A DNA stretch of 64,000 bases from Mobula hypostoma (taxonomy: Eukaryota): assembly GCF_963921235.1 (NCBI RefSeq), contig NC_086097.1, forward strand, positions 48,920,001 through 48,984,000, written 5' to 3'. The translations under genes were made by a program, and so were the position numbers. Positions within the stretch are counted from its first letter, which is position 1; each line of letters starts with the position of its first letter. This document shows, piece by piece, positions 25,290 to 38,336 of this stretch. The notes under the pieces are model-generated. The model was not told where the DNA came from. It was given only the letters and a program-made list of their open reading frames with translations, and searched no databases.

Positions 25290-26002
25290 GGGTGGGGGAG
25301 GAGGGTTTCTTCTTCAGACTTTAGAGGAACGGCCAGTGTGTGAGTGGCTCAGGGTAGGAGTGGAGCTTTGAGGCTTTGGCTCAAGAGGCTTTGGCGAGCA
25401 GAAGCTGAGGACGAGCTTGCTCCCAGTGAGGTGAGGCCGGGTAAGTTCCTTTAATTAATTTAATTAACTTAGGAGTAGGTAATAGAGGCATCAGTTAGGG
25501 CAGTCGAGTGCTCCGTATGCAGTATGTGGGAAGTCAGGGACAGCACAATTGTCCGTGATGACTACACCTGTAAAAGGTGCATCCAGCTGCAGCTCCTGAC
25601 AAACCAAGTTAGGGAACTGGAGCTGGAGCTGGATGAACTTTCGTGAGGCAGAGGCAGAAATAGACAGGAGTTTCAGGGAGACATGTCACCCCTAAAAGTC
25701 AGGAGACATGTAGCTGGGTGACTGTCAGGAGAGGGATGGGGAATAGACAGAAAGAGCAGAGCACCCCTGTGGCCATTCCCATCAACAATAAGTATACCAT
25801 TTTGAATACTGTTGGTGGGGATGACCTAAAATCCTTAGCCACGGGTGTGGTGCCGGAGGATTGGAGGGTAGCTCATGTTGCTCCATTCTTTAAAAAAGGC
25901 TCCAAAAGTAAACCAGGTAATTACAGGCCGGTGAGCCCAACATCAGTAGTAGGTAAATTGTTGGAAGGTGTTCTGACAGATCGAATATACAAGTATTTGG
26001 AA
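25290..26002 (+). mobile_element. CR1 5'UTR/ORF1 fragment fused directly to an ORF2 RT fragment
   Basis: ORF1 zinc finger/leucine zipper (ECSVCSMWEV...YTCKRCIQLQLL...RELELELDEL) then, from about 25830, SLATGVVPEDWRVAHV...NYRPVS. Confidence 0.8.
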
Positions 26003-26221
26003 TGGTATGATGATTGATGTTTTGAAGTACGCAGAGACCACTGCAAGGGATAGAGAGAGGTTATAGATTTCTGTAAAAACCTCTGTGAGATTTTAACACT
26101 GAGTTCATGGTCATTCTTCCTTTATGGAATCCAGACTGGTATACAAATAATTTTCCACTACTTTCCACAAAATAAGAAAGCCTTGCTATAACTGTTCATT
26201 CAGCGTTAAAATGCCTCAGTG

Positions 26222-26786
26222 ACAACAGACCATTTGCACTCTCCCCCACGGCTGCCAAGTACCTGGAGAGATTGGTTATGCCCCACATTAAGAATGCTAT
26301 CCTGTTACTGGGGACCAGCAGTACTTCGTCAGATCAACCAAGGATGCCACCTCCATCGCTCTCCACATCGTACTGGAACACCTGCAGCATAAGGACACCG
26401 ATGCCAGAACGCTTTCTAATCTACTATAGTTCAGCTTTCAACACCATACTCCCTAACAAGTTGACCATTAAACTACACAGTCTGGCATTCAGTACATCAA
26501 TTTCCAACTGGATTCTGGAATTTCTTACCAATTGCACTCAGTCAGTCAGACTAGGTAAGTACACATCAACCTCCCTGACCCTGAACACCAGTGCACTGCA
26601 GGGATGTGTACTGAGCCCAGTCCTTTACACTCTTTTCACCCATGACTGTGCCCCTGTCATGTCACCAACTCCATCATCAAATTTGCAGACAACGCCACAG
26701 TAAATGGATTAGTTATAAATAACAACGAAACAGCATACAGAGAAGAGGCACAGAAACTGTCTGAACAGTGCAATAACCATAACCTT
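26222..26786 (+). mobile_element. Rex1/Babar-type RT fragment, 5' part of an interrupted element
   Basis: YSSAFNTILP, NWILEFLT, QGCVLSP.LYTLFTHDC motifs. Confidence 0.8.
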
Positions 26787-29067
26787 AGGGAACAGTGATC
26801 ACAATATGATTGATTTCACATTGAAATTTAAGAGGGAAAAAATAAAATCCAACGTGTCAGTATTTCAGTGCAATAAAGGAAATTACAATGGCATGAGAGG
26901 GGAACTGGCCGAAGTTGCCTGGAAAGGGACATTTGCAAGAAGGACAGCAGAGCAGCAATGTGAAAAATGAGGGACGTGCAAGACAGATATATTCCAAATA
27001 AGGAGAAATTTTCAAAGGGAAGAAGGACACTACCGTGGCTGACAAGTGAAGTCAGAGCCAAAGTAAAAGCAAAAGAGAGGGCATACATGAAGCCAAAGCT
27101 AGTGGGAAGAGAGAGGATTGGGAAGCTTTTGAAAACTTTCAGAAGGAAACTAAGGAGGTCATTAGGAAGGAGAAGATGAATTATGAAAGGAAGCTGGCAA
27201 CTAATATCAAAGAAGATACTAAAAGCTTTTTTAAAGTATATAAAGGGTAAAAGAGAGTCGAGGGTAGATATAGAACCAATACAAAATGATGCTGGAGATA
27301 TGGTAATGAGAGACACAGAGATGGCAGAGGAATTGAATGCATATTTTGCATCAGTCTTCACAGTAGAAGATGTCTGCAGTATACTGGACATTCAAGAGTG
27401 TCAGGGAAGTGAAGTTTATGCAGTGAAAATTACAACTGAGAAGGTGCTTTGGAAGCTTAATGGTCTGAGGGTGAATAAATCTCCTGGACTTGATGGAATG
27501 CACCGTTGGGTTCTGAAAGAAGTAGCTGGTGAGATTGTGGAGGCATTAATGATAACCTTTCAAGAATCGATAGATTCTGGCATTGTACCGGATGACTGGA
27601 AAATTGCAAATGTTACTGCGCTATTTAAGAAGGGTGGGAGGCAGCAGAAAGGAAACTATAGACCTGTTAGCCTGACATCAGTGGTTGGGAAGTTGTTGGA
27701 ATTGATTGTTAGGGATGAGATTACGGAGTACCTGGAGGCACATGACAAGATAGGACAAAACCTGCATGGTTTCCTGAAAGAGAAATACTGCCTGACAAAC
27801 CTACTGCAATTCTTTGAGGAAGTTACAAGCAGGGTAGACAAAGGAGATGCAGTAGATGTGGTGTACTTGGATTTTCAGAAGGCCTTTGACAATGTGCCAC
27901 ACATGAGGCTGCTTAGTAAGATAAGAGCCCATGGAATTACAGGGAAGTTACTGGCATGGGTGGAGCATTGGCTGGTCGGCAGAAAACAGAGAGTGGGAAT
28001 AAAGGGATCCTATTCAGGCTGGTTGCTGGTTACCAGTGGAGTTCCACAGGGGTCGGTGTTGGGACCGCTGCTTTTTACGATGTACGTCAATGATTTGGAC
28101 AATGGTATTAATGGATTTGTGGCTAAATTTGTCGATGATACAAAGATAGGTGGAGGATCGGGTAGTGTTGAGAAAACAGAGAACCTGTAGAGAGACTTAG
28201 ATAGTTTAGGGGAATGAGCAAAGAGGTGGCAAATAAAATACAATGTTCGAAAGTGTACAGTCATCCACTTTGGTGAAAAAATAAATGGGCAGACTATTAT
28301 TTAGATGGGCAGAGAATTCAAAATGCAGAGATGCAAAGGGACTTGGGAGTCCTTGTGCAAGATGCCCTAAAGGTTAACCTCCAGGTTGAGTTGGTTGTGA
28401 AGAAGGCAAATGTAACGTCGGTATTCTTTTCTAGAGGTATAGAATATAAGAGCAGAGATGTGATGTTGAGGATCTATAAGGCACTCGTGAGATCACACTT
28501 GGAGTATTGTGTGCAGTTTTGGTCTCCTTATTTTAGAAAGGATATACTGACATTGGAGAAGGTTCAGAGAAGATTCACAAGAATGATTCCAGGAATGAAA
28601 GGGTTACTGTATGAGGAACTTCTGGCTGCTCTTGGGCTGTATTCCCTGGAGTTCAGGAGAATGAGGTGGCATCTGATAGAAACATTCTGAATGTTAAAAG
28701 GCCTGAACAAATTAGATATGGCAAAGTTATTTCCCATGGTAGGGGATTCTAGGACAAGAGAACGCAACTTCAAGATTGAAGGGCGTCCACTTAGAACTGA
28801 GATGCGGAGAAATTACTTTAGTCAGTGGGTGATAAGTCTGTGGAATTTATTGCCACGAGCGGCTGTGGAGGCCAAGTCATTGGATGTATTTAAGGCAAAG
28901 ATAGATAGGTTCTTGATTAATCAGGACATTAAAGGGTATGGGGCGAAGGCAGGGGAGTGGGGATGACTGGAAGAATTGGATCAGCCCATGATTGAATGGT
29001 GAAGCAAACTTGACGGGCCGAATAGCCTTCTTCTGCACCTATATCCTTTGGTCTTATGGTCTTATGG
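26787..29067 (+). mobile_element. Degenerate 5'-truncated CR1, nested
   Basis: GNSDHNMI endonuclease end, RT ORF 27183-28190, C-terminal ORFs to 28966, (GTCTTATG)n tail. Confidence 0.92.
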
Positions 29068-29750
29068 AAGGCTCAGTAGTGCCTATACTATCTTAGGAGG
29101 TTAAAGAGAGCAAATCTGCCACAAAAGCTGCTGGTAAATGTTTGTCAATGTGCAATTGAGAGTATACTGACCGTGCTGCATGACAGTGGCAAAAAAATTG
29201 ACCAAAGAGCATTTCAACGAGTGATCAGGACTGCACAGAATATCACCGGGACACAATAACCAGATATGGCAACCAACTACAACTTTACGGCAGTCTCACA
29301 AAATTGTGATGGACTCATCCTCTAGTAATCACCTGTTCAACCTCCCACCATCCAGAAGGAGATACAGAAACATCTCTGCACAGACATCTAGACTAAAAAA
29401 CAGCTTTTTGCCCAGGGCTGTGCAACTGAACAACGCCATTCCCCCCCACCCACCCAGAGTCTATAGGCACTATGGTCAATCTCTCTTTGCAATACGTGGG
29501 CATTATTCTTGATGTCATTTTCTATTTAATCACTGTATTTTATACCACGGGCAAGTGCAATACCCGAATAGGGCAGCCACAGTTGCCTTGTATTTTAGAG
29601 TTGTTTGTTTCTAATTCAATTGTAACTTAGATGTCATTCTAAATAACTCCGACGTTATTTTAAATTTAGACATTGTGCGTTTATTCATTGAATTGCACTA
29701 AATGGAGTAGCAGTACAATCTTGTTGTCCTCAGAAATGACAATAAAGCTC
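29068..29750 (+). mobile_element. Rex1/Babar-type 3' part
   Basis: LYYLRRLKRANL, LPPSRRRYRNI.A.TSRLKNSF motifs, ends ...GACAATAAAG. Confidence 0.75.
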
Positions 29751-29784
29751 AAGTTTGGAATCTGATACTTGTAAGTTCCAAGTT

Positions 29785-32303
29785 AATAAGAACCAGTGGT
29801 GGCAGTTGATAAAGCTTATGATATTTTATGGACACAAGCGTTGCTGCTTAAATTGGAAAAGATGGAAATAGGTGGTAGAATGTTCAATTGAATTCAAGAT
29901 TTTTTGTGTGATAGAAAGATTCAAGTTAGGGTGGGAACAACATTCTCTAAGGAGTATGAGATACAGAATGGGACTCCACAGGAGAATGTGTGTAGCCCAT
30001 TTCTTTTTGTTATTATGATTAATGATATTTTCTTAAGTGTTGGCTCAGACATTTCCAAATCGTTACATGCTGATGATCATTCAGTGTTGAAGAAAGGCAG
30101 GAATATAAATTATGTAGTTAGGAAAATGTAGGCAGCTATTAATGAAGTAGAGAAATGGGGCTGTCAGTAGGGGTTTAAATTTTCTGTTATAAATACTCAA
30201 GCTATTTGTTCTTTCTAAAAGGAACATTGCATTCACAATGGAATTTGAGTTATATGGTGAAACTCTTAAACGAGTGTCAGTGGTAAAGTTTCTAGGTATG
30301 TGGATGGACACAAGGCTAACATGGAAGGTGCATGTGAATAAAATTCTAGAGATGTGTAAAATAAAAGCCCTGAATGTGCACAGGTGCTTAGATGGGTGTG
30401 ATTGAGGTGCAAGTAAGAGGTGACTTAAACGAATGAATGTTGTTTTAATCAGATCGGTCTTTGATTATGAGTCAGCCTCACCAGCATTAAATAAAGGTCA
30501 AGCTCAAGCATTGAGATTACGTAGTGATGCAGTTAAAGGCCCCAATTTCAGCATTACTGGTAGAAATGGGTGACGTACCTTTACATCTACACCGATTACA
30601 GTCAGCAATGGTTTATTGGGTTCCCGTAAGAGGACATAACTTTGGTCATCCAACACTAGCAATACTAGAGTGTTGAGAACATTATATTAATGTCTTCAGT
30701 TCTGGGTGGATGGGAAATGAATTGGCACAAAATCTTTGGTTGTTTAATGTGGATTATGGTCCCAGTGTACCCGTTTCTGTCACTTTTCCATGTTCCTTTC
30801 CCTTTGCCTATTATTGACGAAGGCCTTCAGGAAAATGTCAAGATGAGCGATGATTACTTATCAGTGGCACAGTAAGTTAGCAATATATACAAGGCAGATA
30901 TTATGGATTCTTACATATCTGCTCAGGTGGTTCAAAAGATCCAGTCACAGGTTGTACTAGTATTTCTGTGTATGTTCCAAAGCTCCAGGTGTCTATTAAG
31001 ATAAGATTATCAGACAAAGTATCAGTATTCGCAACTGAGATAGTTGCTATCACATTAGCCATGGAAAGAGTTAAAGAATTACACCCTGATTAGGTACTTC
31101 TAAGCGTCTGTTCGTTCTCAGTCCTGACATTTATTAAATCAGGTATTTCAAATTGCAGGCTAAAACATTCTTCTTGAGAATGGACAACATTTGTTGAAGC
31201 AGCAGGGTGTAGGCTTGTGTATACATCCCCTATGGGTCCCAGCCCATGTCGGGATCGAAGGAAATGAGGTGGCAGACATTCTAACCAAGCAATCACTTCA
31301 AATTAAGGATATAAATGTAGAAGTGTCTTTGTTAAGGGTGAAGTGAGGTGAAAGTCGTAATTAAAAAGTCTATTCAATCGCTGTGGTAACAAAATTGCAA
31401 AAAAGGAAAAGAAAGGGTGGCATTGATATAAACTTCAGAGGATGGTGAGAACTCAGCTGGGAGATGGGTAAAAGAGGAGGGAGGAAGCTATATTTACATG
31501 TTTACATATCGGACATACTAAATTGAATAATTCCCTTTCGGAATTAATATGCACGGTACAGGCATTTGTAGGGAGGGCATTTGTGAAGAAATGGCGGAGC
31601 ATGTATAGCACAGTAGAGGGTAGAGGCTCCATACGTCACTACTACAGGGCGTGACGACCCTGCCTTACACGAGTCCCCGGCTCAGCTGGCTCCAGCTGAC
31701 AGTACCCAGTGTGGGCCCCTATCCAGGGTTACGGATCCCACTGCCTTGTGGGTATCTTCGAGAGAAGAGAACGCTAAGGACTAAACCCTACACAAATCCG
31801 GAGTGGAGCCCCGAAGGCGGTTGGATGACGTATCACGTCACCTCCCGGCAGCTCCTACAGCCAAGTTGATGCCAACTGTACCGTTTTGCGTTCCTTTCGA
31901 CCACATCGCGAGGCCGAGAGGGGGATCTTGATGTCTGGGCAGCCCAGGATCTCCATATTCTTCGCCCAGGTCTGTGCCCCAGAACAGGCGCATCCATTGT
32001 CTACTCAGACAGCCGGAGCCATGATATAGTTTGAATGTAATTTCTGTGAGTTGCAAAAGCAAAAATCAAATTGCTAAATTGAGATATTTGGGACAGACAC
32101 AGTTCAACATGGAAAGTTTGCTAGGATATCAGTGCCATCATAATGTATATAAGTCTGTATTTGACTTTCTGAAAAGCATTAGATATTTTGATATTATTTG
32201 AGTATTTTTGGAGGGGGGGGTGAACTTAGTGGGTATACTGCCTGACCCTTTGATCCGGCCTCTGACTCAGTAAGTGACAGTAATGCACCTTAGAAGAAGA
32301 AGA
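29785..32303 (+). mobile_element. Degenerate RNase H-containing LINE (I/Nimb clade)
   Basis: RT (DRKIQVRVG...NGTPQ...SP.LF.IMINDIF...HADD), RNase H remnant (WVPAHVGIEGNEVAD at about 31232-31280), tail GTAATGCACCTT(AGA)n. Confidence 0.8.
31612..32025 (+). mobile_element. GC/CpG-rich insert, LINE 5'UTR-like (tentatively Ingi/Vingi or RTE), nested in the Nimb-like element
   Basis: Sharp composition change; motif order shared with 11742-12198. Confidence 0.5.
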
Positions 32304-33809
32304 TGCAAAGTAAGTCGCAGATTGAATACTGGAATCATTGTTGAGTTTGGAACGTGTGGAGCTGAGGGTAGAAGTCAAAGCTGCCTTGATGTCTGTTGGA
32401 CATTTGGACAATGACTACAACAGTGAACACTCTGGTTCAAAAATAAAACAAAGGGAAACTTTTAAATGTTCTAGCCAAGAACTACTTGAGGAAATTTCTA
32501 GACAACTGTCCAAAAATTTGTATTTAGTCTGACAACACAGAAAAGGGAAAATCAAACCCTAGTGTCGCCAAATGCTTGTTCGGTAAAATTAATACTTGCT
32601 CTGTGTTTCTAAGTTCACCATCCGGAAGGAAAGAAGAACATTGTAGTCAAAGATTAAAATTTTGAAGGCCTTGCTGTACAGAAATATTTTTCACACATTC
32701 AAGCAAAAACATTAAAATATTGCCACATGGAAAGCCAAAAGTGGCCGGCGTACACATTTTTCAGTAAGGACAGATTCATTCTTAGTTGCTATGGAGGTTA
32801 AAATTATTAAATGTGGAAAGACTAGTAAGATTGTAGCATGACACATTGACAAATAAAATGTGACTCGATGAATCATGGCTCAGTGAATCTTACAATCAGA
32901 TTTAAAGATTAGTGATTTGATTTTCATACCTTATGTTTCAACACCATATAAATTCCAGTCAGCTTCCATTGTCATGTTAAGCATAAAACAGTGGTAAGAT
33001 GGAATATTGCATGGGCCTGTGAGGCGGGTAGGACAACTTTTCTTCATTACAGGGATGATGCTTTGGACATTGCCTACATATATCAACGACACTTTATCTG
33101 TCACCTAGAGGGATAGCTTTTGATTACTGCTATCATCTTGCGCCAGTCCAAGCCTTGCTTGAAAAGCACTTTGAACATATTGCAGTGGCAACATACTGAA
33201 AGCTGGAGTTTACAACTGGGCAGTGATCCAACCAGTTTATATCGTTCTGTCGACTAATTAGTGCGGCCACATTTAGTTAACAAGGAGAATGGATGCCAGC
33301 TGCTATGCAGCGTTGGTCTGCTGCTAGCCACGAGGTTAGTTGCAGGATAAAACGTATCATCTTCCTTAACTCGGGAATCCTATTTGTTTTTCTTCTTGCA
33401 ACTCGAGATAAAATAGTTTGCCAGAATACTGAAACAATGGCAGTTCTTTGCATGCTGTTTTATGGATGATTAATTATTGCAAGTTATCCAGAAGATACCA
33501 ATGAAAATCCATGTGGAGGTTTTATGCATTTAGTACTAAAGCCAAATTTCCATTTAGCAACATGAGGAAATACGTTAATGGACCTAATTTATTAGTACCT
33601 GCAGAATCATAAACATTTGGACTCACAGAGTCTGGATAATGCAATCAGTTTTCCGATAAAATTTTATCATGCCATGCACATGCACCACAGAATTTCCCAG
33701 CCTTAACCTTCTGGAATTGCAAGCAAGAAAGAGACGGTTAATGAAATAATTCTTTTTCTCTATGGTTTTATTTTGAGGACCGCACTGGCCTTCAATGGCT
33801 GATTTGATG

Positions 33810-34035
33810 GGACGGCACATTAGCGCAACAGTTATCACAACACTATTAATGCACCAGCGATCTGGGCTTGATTCCCACTTCCGTCTGTAAGAAGTTAGTA
33901 CGTTCTCCCCGTGATCGCATGGGTTTCCAGTTTCCGCTCACTTTTGAAAGACGTACGAGTTAGAGGGATAATTGGTCACGCATATAGTTGGGCAGCAGAA
34001 GCTCATTGGGCCAGAGGACATGTGACCATGCTGTA
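33810..34035 (+). mobile_element. V-SINE
   Basis: tRNA-like head and CGTTCTCCCCGTGATCGCATGGGTTTCC V-domain. Confidence 0.7.
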
Positions 34036-34482
34036 GGTGAAAAAATTCTGCAACTTAAAATAGTAAAGAATCATCAACAGCATATTCATTTCCTGTTGCT
34101 TTGGAATTAAATTGCACTTTTTTCTTAAAGCAGAACTGCAAACATCGGCTTCTCATTTTAATGATTGGAAACATTCAAGCATTTTGAACTTCATCTGAAT
34201 TCAGAGAGGTGAGTACAGACTCTACAGGAAAAGATTGTTCAGGTATGTTAAGATCATTTTCATGATCAGCCTCATGCCACTCAGTGTTGGTTATTTCAAC
34301 TCTTTTAAATAACTTTCTGAATTCCAACACCATACTTTTTCAAATATTTCTTCTTCAAATATTTATATCATTACCTCAGGTAAATGATAGATATTCTACA
34401 TAGATTTCTCCTCACAGCACCTCTGGACAATTACATAAATCCCTGTCGAATGATTATTGACAACCCTACCAGAAGAAAGCCA

Positions 34483-34624
34483 ACACAAACATAAGAAAAT
34501 CTGCAGATGCTGGAAATCCAAAGAAACCCAGTTCAGTCCTGAAGAAGGGTCTGGGCCCGAATTGTGGACTGTTTACTCTTTTCCATAGATGCTGAGTTCC
34601 TACAGCATTTTGTGCATGTTGCTG
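34483..34624. mobile_element. Short fold-back Penelope-like pLTR remnant with mutated hammerhead
   Basis: Minus-strand pLTR end (ATCTGCAGATGCTGGAAATCC) then plus-strand CAGTC-CTGAAGA-AGGGTCTGGGCCC-GAATTGTG-GACTG. Confidence 0.7.
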
Positions 34625-36519
34625 CCAGTAGAAAGAATTGTTAATTTTCCCAGATCTAAGGAGACATTCACAACTTGCCTAATCTTTCCAAGTAACTTCA
34701 ATGCCTCATCTCAGATACTGTTGTAAATGCCCTCTACAGCATCTCCTGACAGAACCTGTAAAATGTAGGATAGTTGGGTGCCTAGCATGTTGTAGGGCAA
34801 CTGATAGGTATGCTTACACTAACATTGGTAGGGCATGAATGCTACCCAGCCCAACAGCTACACATCTGGTCTGCAGATATTCTGCATCTCCTTCCCGAGG
34901 GTACTGTATAGACCATGACCTTCTGAAGGTTAGGTGAACTGTTTGATGTAGCAGAGGTCAGGAGCTGGGCTAAGCTCTCCGGATCCCTTTTTTTTGGGTT
35001 GCAAACTACTGGCAGAATACCACTAAGTCCAGCTCTCTGGATGGATGATTCTTCCCAGCAGGACCAACAACTATTCCCTTAACCAGTAAGCCAAAGCTAC
35101 ATAGCCCTCGATTTCAACACATATCTAGATACAATCAACATCACCTCCATATAAATTATGGAGGGGAGGGGAGGGGAGAAAGGGAGAAAAATAATCATTA
35201 TTACTTTCATTATCAAGAATGCATGCAATAAAAAATGGCTCATTTATCAGCAACAAAATAAGATCAGAAATAAAGATGTCACTCCAAGGGTGGGGGGGGG
35301 GTGCTTATTTCTCTGTTGTGTGGACTTTGGATTAATGTCTGGGCATTCCACCCATCGTGCTGTGTGTCAGCGATTAATTTTCAGTGGTGCAGCAGTGAAT
35401 GAGCATGCCTTTGATTAATGTGTAATTGTCAGTCTTCCACAATGTGAAAGATATGAATGTAGAGGAGTTTTTTCAAAGTAAGATGGAGAAAAATAGGCAG
35501 TCACAGAATTGTAATCTCCATTGAACAAACACAGTGTGTAATGTAGTATGGGAGGTTGAAAGAAATGTGTGCCTGTTACTTATTAACTAAGAAAAAATTG
35601 AAACGAATTTTAAAATAATTAGTTAAAATTATTAATTCAAATAATTAAAAAAAGTTATAAAGCAAATGCTGGTCCTAGAAAAGTAATGAGGAAAGCTATT
35701 ACTTGTGCAATGACATTGAGAAATAAATGATATATTTATCCTAAAATTTGCCAAGAAGATGTCACTTCACAATTGAGCTGTTCCCAGCCATAACAGCAAT
35801 CGCCTTCATTTAGGCCACCCAAGGGTTTAATGCTCAACTGTGTTAATCAGAGAATTAGGACATCCATAACATAATGATTTAGGTCACCGCCTACACTGGA
35901 CCTTGTCACGTAATCTTACAAAATGAAAATGTACATGCTAATTCTGTACAAGCTAATTGGCACAAATTTATCACCTGTCCTTGGAATAGTCATGAATATT
36001 ATGCATATAAAATGAACAGCGGGGCAGTCAGATAAATAACCTTGGGCTTATGATTGCTTTTGTACAGAGAGGAAAAGTAATTTTCTATTTCAAACAGTAT
36101 CTAAACTCGGTAATCCAGAAGGTTTGCACTTTAAAAATCTAAATAGCATTGTACTACTAGGACTGTTAGATCACAACTGATAATTAGAACAGCTTCCCTC
36201 TCGATCATTGTCAGGGTGACTGAGCTCATATTCTGCACAAAACACAAATGTGGAAGGAAATGCCTTAAGCAATAGTTCTTGCAATCTGTTCCTTTATTTT
36301 TAAAAACATTCATTATTATTCTTTGTTTATTCCTTTTTTTTCCAATTGTGAAGTTTTTGACACAGGAGATTTAGGCAGTTGGTGAAAAGGACATCTGTGA
36401 AAAATTCTTGTTCCATGTTGAGTGAATTTAGGACAGTAAGAGTGCTGTTCTTGTGTCCAGTGCCACTGGGCTGGGTAAGAGGAAGTTTCCAATGTTCACA
36501 CCACTGATTGGCATCCAAC

Positions 36520-36857
36520 TCCCACTTCCATCAGGGAACAACTACGCCAGGACCACCAGACTCAAAGACAGTTACTTATCCCAAGCAGTAAAGCTAATCA
36601 ACACCTCCACCCACTAACCCACACCACCACACTCCCTCCACCACTATTTTCTCATTTCCTGTCAGACACTCCTGTGCCTAGCATCACTCTATGTACATAC
36701 AATCAAACTATGTATATAAGCTATGTCATGTGTTTATATTTATTGTGTTTTTTTATTATTGGTTTATTTATCTTATTGTGTTTTTGTTTTTCTGCATCGG
36801 ATCCAGAGTAACAATTATTTTGTTCTCAATAATATTAAACCACCTTGAACCTTGAAT
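36520..36857 (+). mobile_element. Rex1/Babar-type 3' end
   Basis: RTTRLKDSY..QAVKLIN remnant, T-rich 3'UTR, (CCTTGAA)2 tail. Confidence 0.65.
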
Positions 36858-37229
36858 AACCCCAGCCATAAATAGGTATGCAATTGAGGACAGTACCAGG
36901 TGGGTTCTGTTCTGCTGTCTGCAGCTGCTGTTCAGCCTATGGACACTAACTGTCTTGTCCATAGACAGTTGGGCAAATATACCAGACTGCTGAGATCAGA
37001 ACCTAACAAGGTAGAAAGCCTGATGGAAACAAATGGAAATAGAACAAGTAAGCAGGGTACTTCTGGTGTAAGATGGTGCTGGTAATGTTGATGGCAAAAA
37101 AAACCCCAAAGAGAACTACTAAATACCTTACTAATAACACTTTATTAATAACGATTAAAGCTAGCTATCAAAGGTGAGCAATAGCAGAGGCGGAGGCACA
37201 GGTGAGAAATGGCCGAGGAAAACTGATGC

Positions 37230-37812
37230 GATCAGTGGTGGAGGCGGAGAAGCAGGGAAGGCAGGGTCGAGGCAAGCGAAGCTGGAGGCGGTGTCAAAGC
37301 ATAGTCAAGGCAGAACTGTGGTGTCCCCAAGAATGAGGAAAGTCCTGATGTCTGATAGAATTAAGCGCTGATCCGAATTGGAAAGGTCAGCTACGGGCCA
37401 AATCTTGCAGTGGGGTTCAGGCCCCAGGGCAGTCCAAGAGTGAGGAATGACCTGACGTTTGGACGATTTAAGTGCGGGGCCAGACTGGAAGAGTTGGGTG
37501 TCAGGAATGGAGGTGAGGTAAGAGCTGGTTCTTCTCACTGCTCCACGACATTTACTCAGCTCCACGCTGAACTGAGCCTGTGGTCTGCTCCGGCTTTGTG
37601 CCTTTCTAAAATTTCAATTCTGAAGTGATTTGCTTACTTTTATTGTTTGCAATATTTGTTTTCTGCTAGCTCTCCATGCATTTGGTTTGACGTTCTTTTT
37701 TAAAATGGGTTCTTTTGAAGTTTTTTTGCTTTGTGGCTGCCTGTAAGGAGATGAATCTCAAGGTTGTATAATGTATACATATTTTGATAAGAAATGTACT
37801 TTGAACTTTGGA
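37230..37812 (+). mobile_element. Unclassified non-coding retroelement with (CTTTGAA) tail
   Basis: GC-rich body, T-rich 3' region and tail shared with 22815-23400. Confidence 0.6.
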
Positions 37813-38336
37813 TTTGAAAAGATTTGGCACTCTGAGAGTGCTGAATTAACGATTCTTAAAAGGTCTTTAGCCCATGGTCTTCAGAGGCATTGTCATTTGA
37901 ACAGCCAGGCTTATTAATTGCTGTATGATTTAGTTTGTTTGATGATGCCATTAGGATATATTTTAGAACAAAGTTGTTAACAACAAGGAGAGGCAGTGTA
38001 CAGTTTAGTGAAGCATAGGGCTATTGGCTTGAATCCTGGGCTTCCTATCTCCCTGGAAACTATCAATGTGTATAATTTTACTTAGAATTACATATTGACT
38101 TCTTTATGACTTTAGAACATCATCACCTTGAAATTACTGCTGCTAATAAGAACAAATAGGTTAAAACCTCTACTGAAACTGCTGTCTGAGGAACTCTAGA
38201 AACTGTGAATAGATGCCCATGGGGTATTGTTGGCAGTGGTTCTAAGTCAGCCAATGGGAATACAATACTGAAATCAATACTTCAGAAACAGGGTAATGAA
38301 GTTATTTGGTAACTACAGTGAGAGACAGAGTAGTTT

